NCBI GenBank assembly: GCA_001179505.1
Contig: CDMY01000662.1
Location: 1 to 34,905, forward strand
Source: Vitrella brassicaformis CCMP3155
Taxonomy: Eukaryota; Protista; Chromerida
Direction: 5' to 3'
Length of the DNA stretch: 34,905 nt
Position 1 is the stretch's first letter, and each line of letters begins with the position of its first letter. Positions 1-11,933 of this stretch are shown here, one piece after another. The notes below the pieces were generated by a model. The model saw nothing but the letters and a program-made list of their open reading frames with translations. It was not told the DNA's origin and did no database searches. The position numbers and the translations under genes were made by a program.

Positions 1-66
1 GTGTGCACAATGGACTCCACACGCAGCAATGTTTTCTCTTCCTTGGTTGGGTGACGGATGTGCACA

Positions 67-100
67 TGGATGGATGGATGGATGGATGGATGGACGGATG
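67..100. repeat. (GGAT)n tetranucleotide microsatellite, representative of several (also ~10074-10095, ~12377-12400 as ATCC, ~19088-19113)
   Basis: Directly visible tandem tggatggatgga. Confidence 0.9.
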
Positions 101-592
101 CGTGTGTGTGCTCACGTGACGTGAAGAGCGTTTGTTGGTGTCCTGCCACTCGTGTCGATACGATACATGCAGCTACGCGATCCTGCCTGACCGATTTGGT
201 GTGGGCTGTGTGTCTGCCTGTCGATTAAGGGGCATTTTGTAGTGAGTGGGTCGCAAGAAGACTGATTTCTGCGATGATCCGTCTTATTTTCCTGCGTGTC
301 TTGCCTCCTCTTTCTCACTGCATCTCACTGGTGCCACGGTGACGTCAGAGCACCGGCACGTCGAGCGTGTTGGTGTTGTCACGTTGCTATGTCATTGGTG
401 CGATGCATTGAGGGAGGGTGGGAGGAATGAATGAATGGATGGATTCTATGCTGACTGAATCATCCAAACACTCGCGGAATTCAAGCCGCAGGTGTCACAA
501 ACGGAAACACGATGCACATCGATGTTCACAGCAAATTAAGGCAAATCCGTCGCTCCCACACGCAGTAAGCACCCATCCATCCATCCATCCAA

Positions 593-1762
593 TCACTTGG
601 CCTTCTCCTTTCCATTCGTCTCATTCGCCGCCTTGGTCGCAGCCACGTCAATCCTGTACCCCTTCGGTATGTGCATCAAAATGGGTATCAGGTTGACCGT
701 GTCCTTCCCACCGCCCGATGCACCAACCCCCCCACCACCACCAGCACCAGCACCAGCAGGGGGCGGCTGTGGTGTGGTTGTCTGCTCCTGTTTCTCCTTT
801 CTCTCGACCTTGTCTCTCTCTCTGCACACGCCCCCGTGGCATATGCACCCCTCCCCCACACCCATCTCCGGCTCACACACGTCCGTGCAGGGCGTGTACT
901 TGTGGCTCCACTGCACCCGAAAACGATCATGTGCACGATAATGCCGATGCCGCCCATCAACCGCCACACATTCCTCCCTGTAACCGCGGTCGACACACTC
1001 CCCCGGAACAGTGAGATTCCTCCAGATTCTCGCGTCTCGGTACAGCAGCAGGCACACGTGGTGCCCGTCGGCGCAGCGGCTCACCAGCCGCCCCTCGTAG
1101 GGGTCGTACACACACGTGGGCGTCTCGCATACACCTTTGCTGGGGCTGCAGATGCACTGGTCGGCTGCGTGAGTGCAGGGGTTGCCGGGGCCGCCGTCGC
1201 ATGTGCGGTTGATGTGGGAGACGATCAGATTGCCCTTCTCCTTGACAATGGGCACCTCGGAACACGGAGCAGGCGTGTTCTTTGCCACACATTGACCTGC
1301 AAAGGGAGAGAAAGACTTATTCATTCTCTTTGCGCGTGGACAGTGCAAACCAACCCGCCACCTTGGGTGTTCTTGTCCTGCAGATGGCCACTGGGGTCGA
1401 GGTTGGCCTCCCGAAAATGCACCAGGCACACCTCATCATCACAGCAGGCCTTCTCCAGCTGCCCCTTCAGAAAGTTGTAGAGACAATGCTCCACTCGATG
1501 CGTCGCACAGGAGGTATCCACTCCTTGCTGCATGACACAGAAGGGCACGCACAGTAAGAGAGAGAGGATGGAAGCGCCCTATATGCATTGTGGTGCTCAC
1601 TGCGTGTGAGAAGGTGTTGACATCTATGGTTAACGTTTGGGGGAGGGGGAGGGGGAGGGAGAGGCCGCTTTTCCTGGCGTTCTCGAGCTTGGACGAACCG
1701 ACGCATAGCAGGGAAAGGAGAAACCATAGAGAACTAAGGGCTGCAACGGCGGAGATTGGCAT
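593..1762 (-). CDS. Secreted cysteine-rich protein with two tandem ~100-aa Cys modules (3 exons: 1762-1601, 1527-1362, 1296-593)
   Basis: Hydrophobic N-terminus MPISAVAALSSLWFLLSLLCVGSS. GT-AG introns at 1600-1528 (phase 0) and 1361-1297 (phase 1) join three ORF segments in frame. About 22 Cys, followed by a P/G-rich tail and TGA at 593. Confidence 0.75.
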
Positions 1763-1896
1763 TTTTCTGTCGCCTGTTTTGTCTCAGATCGACCAGCTTA
1801 AGCTTGCATTTCACGGCAGCGAAAAAAGGTATGTCTGACACGTCACATCCTCTCAATACGCCGCAAGCAATGATCCACACACCTACACACGTCAGA

Positions 1897-3545
1897 TCAC
1901 AGACCCTGACAGAAGCCTGGCGGCCCAGTCCATGCCGGCCTCGGACCTTCCCGTGCGGTCACAAACTCGCCATCCTCATCCCCTCTCTGCCTCGTCGACA
2001 TTGCCATTGGCGTTGCCCCCCACAGACGCCGCTTTCTTCTCCTGCGATGCCCGGTGTGCAACATAGACGACGGCAGCATGATCGTCATCTGGACAGGATG
2101 ACTGATATCCGTCTGCACCGACCGGTCACGTACTCTCCTCTCACAGTGGCTGTGGCCCTCTCTTGATGGCGGCATCGCAGTGGGAACAGCGAAACAAACA
2201 CTTGCTTTCCTGCGGGCACGGCCACCATGTTGTGTGTCTGGCGGGGGCCGTCCACAGGTGGGCGACGACAGGCCTGGCCGTGGAATGGTGCGGTGTGTCT
2301 GCTGCGGACGGAAGGGTAGGAGGGAGAGGGCAGGTCTGTCGTCGACCAATTCGACGAGAGGCGGACCGCGTTCTTCCGTCACATCGATGCTGTGGCGGAT
2401 ACGTGGCCGCTTGTTGCGGGGCGGAGGGGGCGGGGAGGATGCAGACATTCCAGCGGAAAGAATGGCGGTCTTGTCGGTCTGTCTCGAGAAGTGCATCGAA
2501 GGAGACACCGCTGTAGCTGAAAGGTCGCGTGGATGGGGAGGGAGAGGTGGCTGGCATGAGTGTCCATTGAATAGGGCTGTGCTTGACGGAGCCTCCGCGG
2601 CTGCCATGCTCTTCTCAGACGAGTGGTTCGCTACAGAGACATCAGCACATCTGCACACCACACGCACAGAGACATCCATTATCGATCATCGATTGAATGC
2701 GAACCAGCCATCCGTCTCACTTACGTCGACTGCTCTCCCCCTGAAGGCTTCTCGGCCGCTGTTTCCAGCACTGAATCAGATCCAGCCTTCTTCCCTTCAG
2801 ACACATAGGCGGCATCGCTTCTTAGTGGAGCCGATAGAGCCCCGCTCTCTCCCTCTCTACCATGCCCCGCCGAATCATCCGCATCTCTGAACATCCCTCT
2901 GGAGGACTTGGCCGTCACGGATTGAAGGCGTCCGGATTGATCAGCATCCCTCAATCGACAAACATCTGATTCGATGACAGGAGGCGGGTTGGCCGAGACA
3001 CATTCCCCATAACCCTCGCCCGGCTCTTCTTGAAGTTCCCTCGAGAACAATGGCCTCAGAATGATCGCCTTGCGTGTTGTCGCCTCCTCATCACCGCCAC
3101 CACCACCGCCTCTATCATCGCCAAAGTATCGATGTTTGGCGTTCATGCGGTATCTCGCGTATCTGCAAGCGCCCCGAGAGAGACGTTTGCCTCCTTGGAC
3201 AAATCTCTCTGTCTCGTCTTACCGGTCGCTCCAGGTGGACTGGCGCTTCATCCACCTGGCTGCCGTGGTGCCCTCACAGGGCATGTAGCTGTGCCGCCTG
3301 TGGTGCGCCGTGCCGGGGAGGTTGAGAGGCGGAACGATAGGTGGGGGAGGGTGGGGAGGGTGTTCATGTCGATGGGAGTCCTTCTCACTGCCGTGTGGCG
3401 AGTGGAAGTCTGCTGGGAAGCCTCCTTTGAGAGATGCGAAGCTGCTCATGTCCCTTGGCGGGTCGGGGGATGTGTTTCTGGCTGAGGGGCCGACACAGCT
3501 GGCTTCGGTGCTGCGCTTGTCGCCCGCTCGTGCCATCTGGAACAT
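1897..3545 (-). CDS. Uncharacterised S/P/R-rich disordered protein (at least 3 exons)
   Basis: ORFs 3219-3545, 2721-3146 and 1897-2679 join in frame through canonical introns (GACCG|GTAAGA...TTGCAG|ATAC at 3222-3163, and TCGAC|GTAAGT...GTGCAG|ATGT). No recognisable domain; the 3' end is uncertain. Confidence 0.6.
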
Positions 3546-3558
3546 CTTTTCGAGTCAG

Positions 3559-5722
3559 ATGCGCCGGATCGCCCGGGCCCCACCTCCAAAAAGCGCGCAC
3601 AAGAAAGTGGAAATGACTGCTGTGGCTGGCGCAGGCACTGGAGGAGCACAGTCTGCTCGGAAGCTTTTGCAGACGTCGGTTGCCAATGTCGATGCCTCTG
3701 CCGCCGAGGACAAGAAGGCGAGCCATTACGTCCGGGTGAGGTGGGGGTGGACATACGCGGAGTGTTGAGTGCAGAAAGTGTGCGCTGTCCTTTGTCTTGT
3801 CGTGTCAGCGGCGGCAGTCCATCGAGCGCCACAGCTTCCTGCCCTCTGCAAAGGCCCTCAGAGACACCATCAGGTCACCCAATCATTGACTGCATGCACC
3901 GCGCACTCTCTCTCTCTCTCTCTCCCACAACGCAGGTCGCTCCAAACTGAGCCCCTGCAGCCACAGCCTGGGCAGCCACAACCGGCACCATCTCCTCCTC
4001 CCCCTCCTTCCAACAAACACGCGCATCACCGCAGCAGAAGGAGGAAGAGCAGCGGAGACATCACCTTCACCCACTCCGCCAGTGATGACCTCTACTCCCT
4101 ATTCGAACACACGCCGCTTGGCGGACTGGGTGGATTGATGGGCTTAAGAGGACCTGCTGGTGAGGCTCACACGGTGGGCGATAAAGGGCGGACAGAGGGA
4201 GACAGGGACAGGGAGAGAAGGCGGCCTGGGCTGCGGAATGTGACCGGGCGAATGCGGAAACGAGCTGTAAGCGAGACAAAGGGGAGAGTCCGGAGGATAT
4301 TGACGGGCATATTTCGTCTTGTCCCACTGTTGCTTGCAGCTGAAGCGTGGCTATGAACGCAATCGGTATCTGAGGCTGCCCTCTCCACTCAGCACCAGCC
4401 ATCGGTCATCTTCATGCACCTCCCCTGAGAGAGAGAGGTCGCCCCTCAAAGCCGACGCTTCACCCAAATCCCCTCTCCCTCTCCCTTCCTCTCCCTTTCC
4501 CCCTCCCTCTCTACCGAAGCAGCCCAAACCAAGTGAGCCACGGGCACCAGCAACGGTGGATGGTGCTGGCGCTCACCGTGCCGTCTTGCTGTCGGAGAGA
4601 CACGAGCAAACTGTCGACGAGCAGAGGGAGCCATCACCACTACCACGAGCACCAGCACCAGAAGACAAGCCAGAGACACTGGGTGGCATTTCTTACAACG
4701 ACCGGCAAGCGACGGAGGGAGAACAGCGGCAGCGTCTGGATGTCCATGTGGGTGGCAACACGGCGGAAAAAAGACAAGCCCCAAGCCCCCCTCCCGCCCC
4801 TCCGGCGTATCATCGGAGGAAGAAACCCTCTGTCTCCATCATTCCCATTGAAGAGGCCCCACCCGATGACAGCTCGGCGGAGGCAGCCGGGGGTGACGGC
4901 CAGACGACCCCCTTCTCGCTCAGATACGACAGCTCTCTCTCGCGATCGGGGTCACCCAAACATGCACACAGAGACAGAGACAGAGACAGAGAGGCCGTCG
5001 GGAGAAGGTCATTCTTCTCACCAAAACACAAGGGCGGATGGCGTGTAGGTGCGGGTGAAGGTGTGTCTGTGGGCGTGCAAGCCGGGAGGGGTGAGAGGGA
5101 GACGCGGAATGCTGCTACACAGACACGGACACGGACGATGGGCCATCGGCCACACACAACTGACGAGACCAGTAGCAGCGACAACACAGAGAGGGAGAGA
5201 GTGATGTTCAGAACGGCGAGGGAGAGAGAGAGGGAGGGGGAAAGGGAGAGGGAGTCTCTCCCATCCGACCACACCCACACCCATCATGACGTGTGTCGGC
5301 TGAGGCTGAGAGAGAAGGCCGATGGGAAAAGGCCACACCGAAGCGAGAGAAGGCAGGTCCAACAAGGTCGGCCAGCACAACTGTGCACGTGCGACACCGT
5401 GTCTCATAATATCCCTCTCCCTCTCTGTCTGTCTGTGATGATGGTTGCAGGCTCTCCCCGTGCCTCTCCTCCTCCCTCCCCCAGCCCACATGCCCACGCC
5501 CACGCCCACGCACACTACAGACATCGAGAAAGACCGAGACGCGACCCTTTCTTCTTCATGAAAGGCGACGACGGCCGCCTACTGCTGCCTACAAAGCGCA
5601 TGAGCAGGGACAAGCGAAAGGTTGCTTACCTGCTGCTGGTGCCCGCTGATGCTGCCGCGAGCAGCAGTGGGAGTGGCCATGGCAGTCGACATCTTGTCGG
5701 ATTGCGCGGGTGTGGGGGCTGA
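3559..5722 (+). CDS. Uncharacterised low-complexity S/P/R/E-rich protein (about 5 exons)
   Basis: In-frame splices give ...HYVR|RRQSIERHSFLPSAKALRDTIR|SLQTEPLQ...RMRKRA|LKRGYERNRYLR..., all at GT-AG junctions. Long ORF 4319-5722. No domain recognised; the start codon is uncertain (3559 or about 3613). Confidence 0.6.
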
Positions 5723-6025
5723 GGGGGAGAGGGCGATGTGACGTTTGACTTGATGTGTTGTAGTCTGTGTATGGGTAGGCATGACGAATGGCGTGTGGGG
5801 GTGTGTGGAAAGGCGACAGACGGTCAAGATGCTTGCTGTCGATCGAGTGGAAAGCGGTTGTGTGTCTCTCTCACAACGCAATGACGGTTGACCGATGCAC
5901 TTCACTCACCTCACTCTCTCTGTACAACATACAGGCGGTTAGTTGTCCACTCATAGGTAGAGCAACCACATGCACCGCACCCAGATAGACAAATGGCACT
6001 CAGCAGCCACAGACGTACACGTGAG

Positions 6026-8074
6026 TCACCATCGCTGCTGCTGCTGCTGCTGCTGTGTAAACCCCCCACTACCAGCTGCAGTCGTGTACCCACCAGCACT
6101 GTACCCATTCCACTGCTGCTGCTGCTGCTGCTGCTGCTGTGACTGTGGCTGCTGTGCCGGCCATTGCTGCACAAAGACACACACAAACACACACAAAGAG
6201 AACACACCAACGCCATCCAGAGCCCCCCCCACACACACAACTGCAAGCGCATTGCCAACCCACCCACCACTCACCCACCTGATATGGGTCAAACGCCGGC
6301 ATCTGCGTCTGTCCCTCAGGTATCTGTGCAGCCCCGCCCCCACTCCTACCCCCACCCCCGCCAACAAGGCTGCCATGGTGGTGGCGGGGGCTGTGTGGAT
6401 GGTGGTGGTGGTGCGGCCTAGCCCCACTGGCACCATTAGCACCATGACCACCAGCACCACCGGTAGCACGGTCATGCGGATGGTCTCTTTTCATGATCGA
6501 TGCACCTCGGCCCCGGTCACCACTGTCTCTGCCGCCGCCCCTTGACGGCCCGCGGCCTCCTCTGAAGCCCCGACCAGCCCCATTGCGCCGCCCCTCTGCC
6601 GATCCCATCGACAATTTCCCTCCAGCTCCTCCCCTGCCTCTGCCTCTGTCACCCCGACCATCACCGCGGCCGCCTCTCCCCCGCCCAGTCCCGCCGCCTC
6701 GGCCTCTGGCCATGGTGCCGATGCCTCTTTCATTGTTGTCATCTCGATAATGACCTCCAGACATCCCAGCAGAGAAACCTGAGAGCACATTCAGTGATTG
6801 TTGCGTGTGTGGAGGGTGGGCTCTTTTCGCTCACCATGTGCGGCGAATGGAAGGTGAGCGAGAGGAGTTCCTGAGTCGGTTGGCTGACTCTGCTGACTCT
6901 GGCTCTGCTGGCCCTGTTGGTGGTGGTGCTGCTGCTGCTGCTGCTGCGGGAATGTGTTGCCGGGCTGGCGGTGAGGGTAAGCCAATGATGGCGAGAATTG
7001 ATGACCAAGCTGAGGCTGTGCGTGCGGGTGGGGAGGGGGAGGGGGAGGGGGCGACGGAAAGCCACTCACACCCACGGGGGCACCAGCACCAGCACCAGCA
7101 CCCCCACCAGCAGCAGATAGCGAGAATCCGCCCAAACCACCACCGGCAGCACCAGCACCAGCAGCAGCAGGAGGTGATGCTGCTGCTGGTGACGGAAAAG
7201 TCATGCCCATAGTACCAACACCACTTGGCGGTTGCGGTTGGCCACCGGCTGTCACAGATGAGTCTCCCACGGTCGAGTACTGGCCCCACTGCATGTCCAT
7301 CGGCTGCGGCTGCGGCTGGCGCTGGGCAACGAGTGGTGCGAATGGCTGCTGCTGGGTGTGGGAGAGAGAGGGCATGGTGGGGGCGGGGGCCATGATTGGC
7401 GGCTGGGGGTGCTGTGGCTGCTGGGGTGGGGGAGGAGGGTAGTAGCTGTTGTGAGGCTGCACCTACACACACAGATATACACACCCGTGTCCATCCATGT
7501 GTGATTTTCTATCATGTGCTCATGCACTGACGCTGTGCTGGGGCTGCGTGCTGGTGAACAGTGCTGGCGGGAGAGAGGTGTTGCTGGTGTTGTTGGGGTA
7601 CATGGATCCCGGCCCACCACCCCCACCAGCAGCACCACCAGCAGCAGCGAGTGGTGCACCAGGAAAGTGCATGCCCTGCCGCACATGGCCCCCACCCCCA
7701 GCTCCAGCAGAACCAGCAAAGGCAAGCGACACCTCACCTGAACACCCCCCACCACACACGCACACACAGATGGTCCGCCTGTCGGTATTCATTGTGTGTG
7801 CTCACTAGGTCGTGGTGGGGGCGGTGGCGGGGGCGGTGGGGGAGGGGGCGGCTGCTGCCCGTGGGGCATGATAAATGAAAATGACTGGTCCACCATCGTC
7901 ATAGGCACAGGTGCGGGTGCGGGTGCGCGCGCTGGCTCGGCAGCCTCCATTGGGTGGTCTGGGTGCGTCAGAGAGTCGAGAGACGAATCGGATATTGCCT
8001 CGGCGTCGTCCATTGGACCCTCCCCTCCTGCTGCTGCTGCTGCTGCTTGGTCACCCTACACGCACGCACACACA

Positions 8075-8109
<35 letters not shown>

Positions 8110-8788
8110 TGGGTGAAGGTGTGCCCCCGCAAAGGTATGGGTACCATCTGCTGGTCTTGCTCTTGTTGCTGCGCGTCGTCGACATCATTATTATCCCCAC
8201 CACCATCGCCGCCATTACCATTACCATTACTCGTATCGAAGGCGAATGGCATGAGCTGGTGCACAGCCGACTCGTCAATGGGATGAGGGGGCCGGGTGAC
8301 GCCGAAGGCAGGGCGGGGAGGCATCGACGTGTCCAACGACTGCATCCACACACACGCGTCCATCCATCTCTCTTTCGTTCTCTGTGTGTGTGTGTGTGTG
8401 TGTGTGTACCGGATTGTAGAATGGGTTGGCCCTGTTTCCTTCTGCTGCTGAAGACCCCGGCCGCTCCTCAGTAGCACCACCCCTCTCAGGCAAATTCGCC
8501 ACCTCTGCACACACCACACAGATCACAGACATCATGTGCACACCAGAGAGAGGTTGCGAACCTTCTGGCCATCTCCAGCCGATGGTGGCCTCGATCTCCT
8601 CTTCGTCGCTGAGAACGCGCCGGTGCTGCTGCTGGTGGTTGTGCATATGGTGCTGTTGCGTCAGGCTGTGCCGCTCGCTCATGTGCTCCTCCCGGCACTT
8701 GGAGAGAAACGCCTCGTGCTGTCGGTCACGGCTGTCGGCTACACCCATCATCTCGACCATTGGCTTGCTCTACATGCACACAGACACA

Positions 8789-8824
<36 letters not shown>

Positions 8825-11011
8825 TGTGCTCAGGAAGACACACAAAGGGGCGGGGTGGGCGTTGGCGAGCACTGACCATCATGACTTCGTTGGGCGGTTC
8901 GTCATACGAAAAGTAGACAGTGTGCAAGAGGCCCTCCTCGGCAGGCTTGAACCGCACAGTCTTCCCTCCACCACTGTTGGCTGACCTCCGGGGCGGCGGC
9001 GGCGGTGGGGGAACCGGACCATCGCCAATGGCCATTCCCTGCACAAGAATGCTGTGTGCTGTGTTGATGTGTTGATGTGAGCGGGGTTACTTACCATCAT
9101 GGCTTCGTCTGTCGGCTGCTGAGGCTGGTGTGGCTGCTGTGGGTGTGGGTGTGGCTGCTGCTCCGTCTCCATCTCCCAAGGCCCCAGCCTCTCCCTCTCC
9201 CTCTGCCTCGCGGCACCCACGGCCATTCCCGTGAACACATCCACAGTCTTCTCTTCACCACCTGCACACTCGACACACACGTGGCCATCCATCCATCCAT
9301 CCATTCGTCTGTGTGTATGCGTGTGGACCCTACGCTTGGGTGTGGGCGGTGGCTGTGGCGGTGGTTTGGGCTGGGAGGGCTTGGCCTGCTCCAGTGCTGC
9401 GATGGTCGTGAACGGGCCACTGGCAACGGCACTGGCAGTGGCAGTGGCATTGGGAGGGGGTGCTGGTCCTGGTGCTGGTGGCGGGGGTGGATGCGGCACC
9501 GCGGGAGGTGGGACAGGCGACTGACGACACAGAGGGATAAAGAAGCAATAGAGAGAGGGGGATGGATGGATGTGTGTCGGGTCTTCTCGTCTCTCTCTGT
9601 GTGTGGGCGTGTGTGACGGTGTGCTGACCTTTTCCTCCTTTATCTGTTTCTTCCACTTGTCGACTATTTGTTTGGCGAGGGCCTTGACCTCAGCATCGGT
9701 GATGGCGCTCTCGGGCTTGGTCAGACGGTTCACACACTTGCCCACCTAACACACAACACATGGCAAGAGACAGGGAGAGGGAGGGAGAAAGAGAGAGGGA
9801 GAGGGGCAGAGATTGACGCACCCACCATGCGACGCGCATCACACACAGACTTCCCCTCTCTCTCTCTCTCTCTCTCTCCGTGTGTGTGTGTGTGTCACTT
9901 ACCCCAGTGTCTGTGAGAGTGCGTTTGTTCATCGCGAGCCGGTCAAGAACCCCCAGGATGTCACATATCAGCGCCAGCACGTCCGCAGCACTGCTGCTGG
10001 TCGGCGAGGAGGGCGACGGCGGGGACGCACCCACCTGCACACACAAACACACCCACACTCACACACACACACATGGATGGATGGATGGATGGATGGAGGC
10101 AGTGGGTGTCTGCCCACCTCTGCACCACCACCGGCAGCACCACCACCAGGGGCACCACTAGTCACAGCAGCAGCAGCAGCAGCACTGGCGGCACTGTTGA
10201 GCCAGTCGACCATTACGCCCACGCCGCCGTGCTGCACAAAGCCCGCCAATGCGTCGCTAGAAGAAGGAGCTACCACCTCTGCACACACACCCACCCACAC
10301 ACACACACACTCGCGGGCACAAAGGAAGGTGNNNNNNNNNNNNNNNNNNNNNNNNNNNNNNNNNNNNNNNNNNNNNNNNNNNNNNNNNNNNNNNNNNNNN
10401 NNNNNNNNNNNNNNNNNNNNNNNNNNNNNNNNNNNNNNNNNNNNNNNNNNNNNNNNNNNNNNNNNNNNNNNNNNNNNNNNNNNNNNNNNNNNNNNNNNNN
10501 NNNNNNNNNNNNNNNNNNNNNNNNNNNNNNNNNNNNNNNNNNNNNNNNNNNNNNNNNNNNNNNNNNNNNNNNNNNNNNNNNNNNNNNNNNNNNNNNNNNN
10601 NNNNNNNNNNNNNNNNNNNNNNNNNNNNNNNATTGAGAGTTACCGAGTGCGATTTTGCGCTCAATGACGGTCTGTGCAGACTGGCGGAGAAAGGCCACGT
10701 ACTCGCCTGCCTTGTCCTATGTGTGTGTGTGTGAGAGAGTGCCCGGACACACACACAGACACACACATATTTGTTTGTGTGGGCGTGTGCGCGGGGGCGT
10801 CTGTCTGTCTGTGCACGCTCAATAGGTACCGGAATGAGGGTCCTCTTTGTCCTTGTCGCGTCTCGTTTGTTGTCGTCTCCTCCTTGTGTGCCGGGGGTGG
10901 TTGTGGTGGTTGTGGTGAGCATGTGCTTCATCTCGCGCATCAGCACGTCGCGCATCCCGCTCATCGGGGATAGAGACCTCCTGGACAGACACACACACAC
11001 ACACACACGCA

Positions 11012-11045
<34 letters not shown>

Positions 11046-11900
11046 TGGAGATCTCGACCCACAAACATCGGTCAAGCTGCGTACCTCTCCCCCCTGGTGC
11101 TGTCCTTCTTGGCCTTTTTCTTCTTCTTGTCATTGTCTTTGTTGTTGTCTTTGTCTTTGCCGCCATCAGGCGATGCCGATGCCGTCGTCTTGCGCTTCTT
11201 GCCCTTGCTCAGCACCACCACCCCTGCTACTGCTGCTGCTGGTGATGGTGCTGCTGGTGGTGCTGATGAGCGGGCAGGGGCCTCTATGCAGACACAGACA
11301 CACAGATGGGCGCAGAGAGGGATTGATGGATGGATGGATGGGCAGCTACCTGGTTTGGACGGCCTGTGGGGGTCGGGTGACGGTGAGCGATCGGCGTCCT
11401 TGTGTTTGTCCTTGTGTTTGTGTTTGTCTTTGTGTTTCTTCCGCTTTTCCTTTTCCCTTTCCTCTTCGTCGGATCTGTCGCGATTATGTTTCTCTTTCCT
11501 CTCCTTCTTGTCCTTCTTAAGCTTAAGCTTGTCCTTCTTCCGCTGCTCCTTGCGCACACGCCTGCCCTCATCATCACCACCACCAGCCTGACACCCACAC
11601 ACACACTCTCCCTGTCTCTCTCCCTCTCTCTGTGTGTGTGTGTCTTGTGAGTGAGCTCGCCCACCTTGCTGCCGTCTCGATCTTTCCTCTTCTTCTCCTT
11701 ATTCTTGATGCTGCGATGATCGTCGTCTATGTCGTCTTCGCCATCACCCTCGCCGTCGCTGCTGTCCAGGACCTTGATGCGATGCTGCTGCTGCTGCTGA
11801 TGTTTGGGTGCGGTGGGTGCACCACCAGGCTTAGGCTTCTTCTTGGTGGCCGCCGAGGGCTTGCTAGGGGCTGCTGGGGGTGCCTCGGGTGCCTGGACGC

Positions 11901-11933
<33 letters not shown>

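Noticed and set aside
1-318. Possible minus-strand gene fragment running off the left edge (donor GTGAGC at 115)
   Set aside because: The exons are too short, the acceptor is weak and no coherent protein could be assembled.
671-1480. 269-aa plus-strand ORF and other long antisense ORFs (2180-2890, 29363-30445, 30196-30744)
   Set aside because: They are antisense shadows of GC-rich coding exons, with no independent splice or motif support.
2180-2215. RRKASVCF as a PP1 RVxF motif in the disordered minus-strand gene
   Set aside because: Two residues lie between K and V, outside the strict [RK]x0-1[VI]x[FW] consensus.
4965-5520. Coding dinucleotide/hexanucleotide repeats giving DRDRDR, ERERE, HTHTH and HAHAHA
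   Set aside because: Expected from genome-wide microsatellite slippage; parts may be unrecognised introns.
10073-11075. ORFs containing long X runs
   Set aside because: Artefacts of translating through the N gap.
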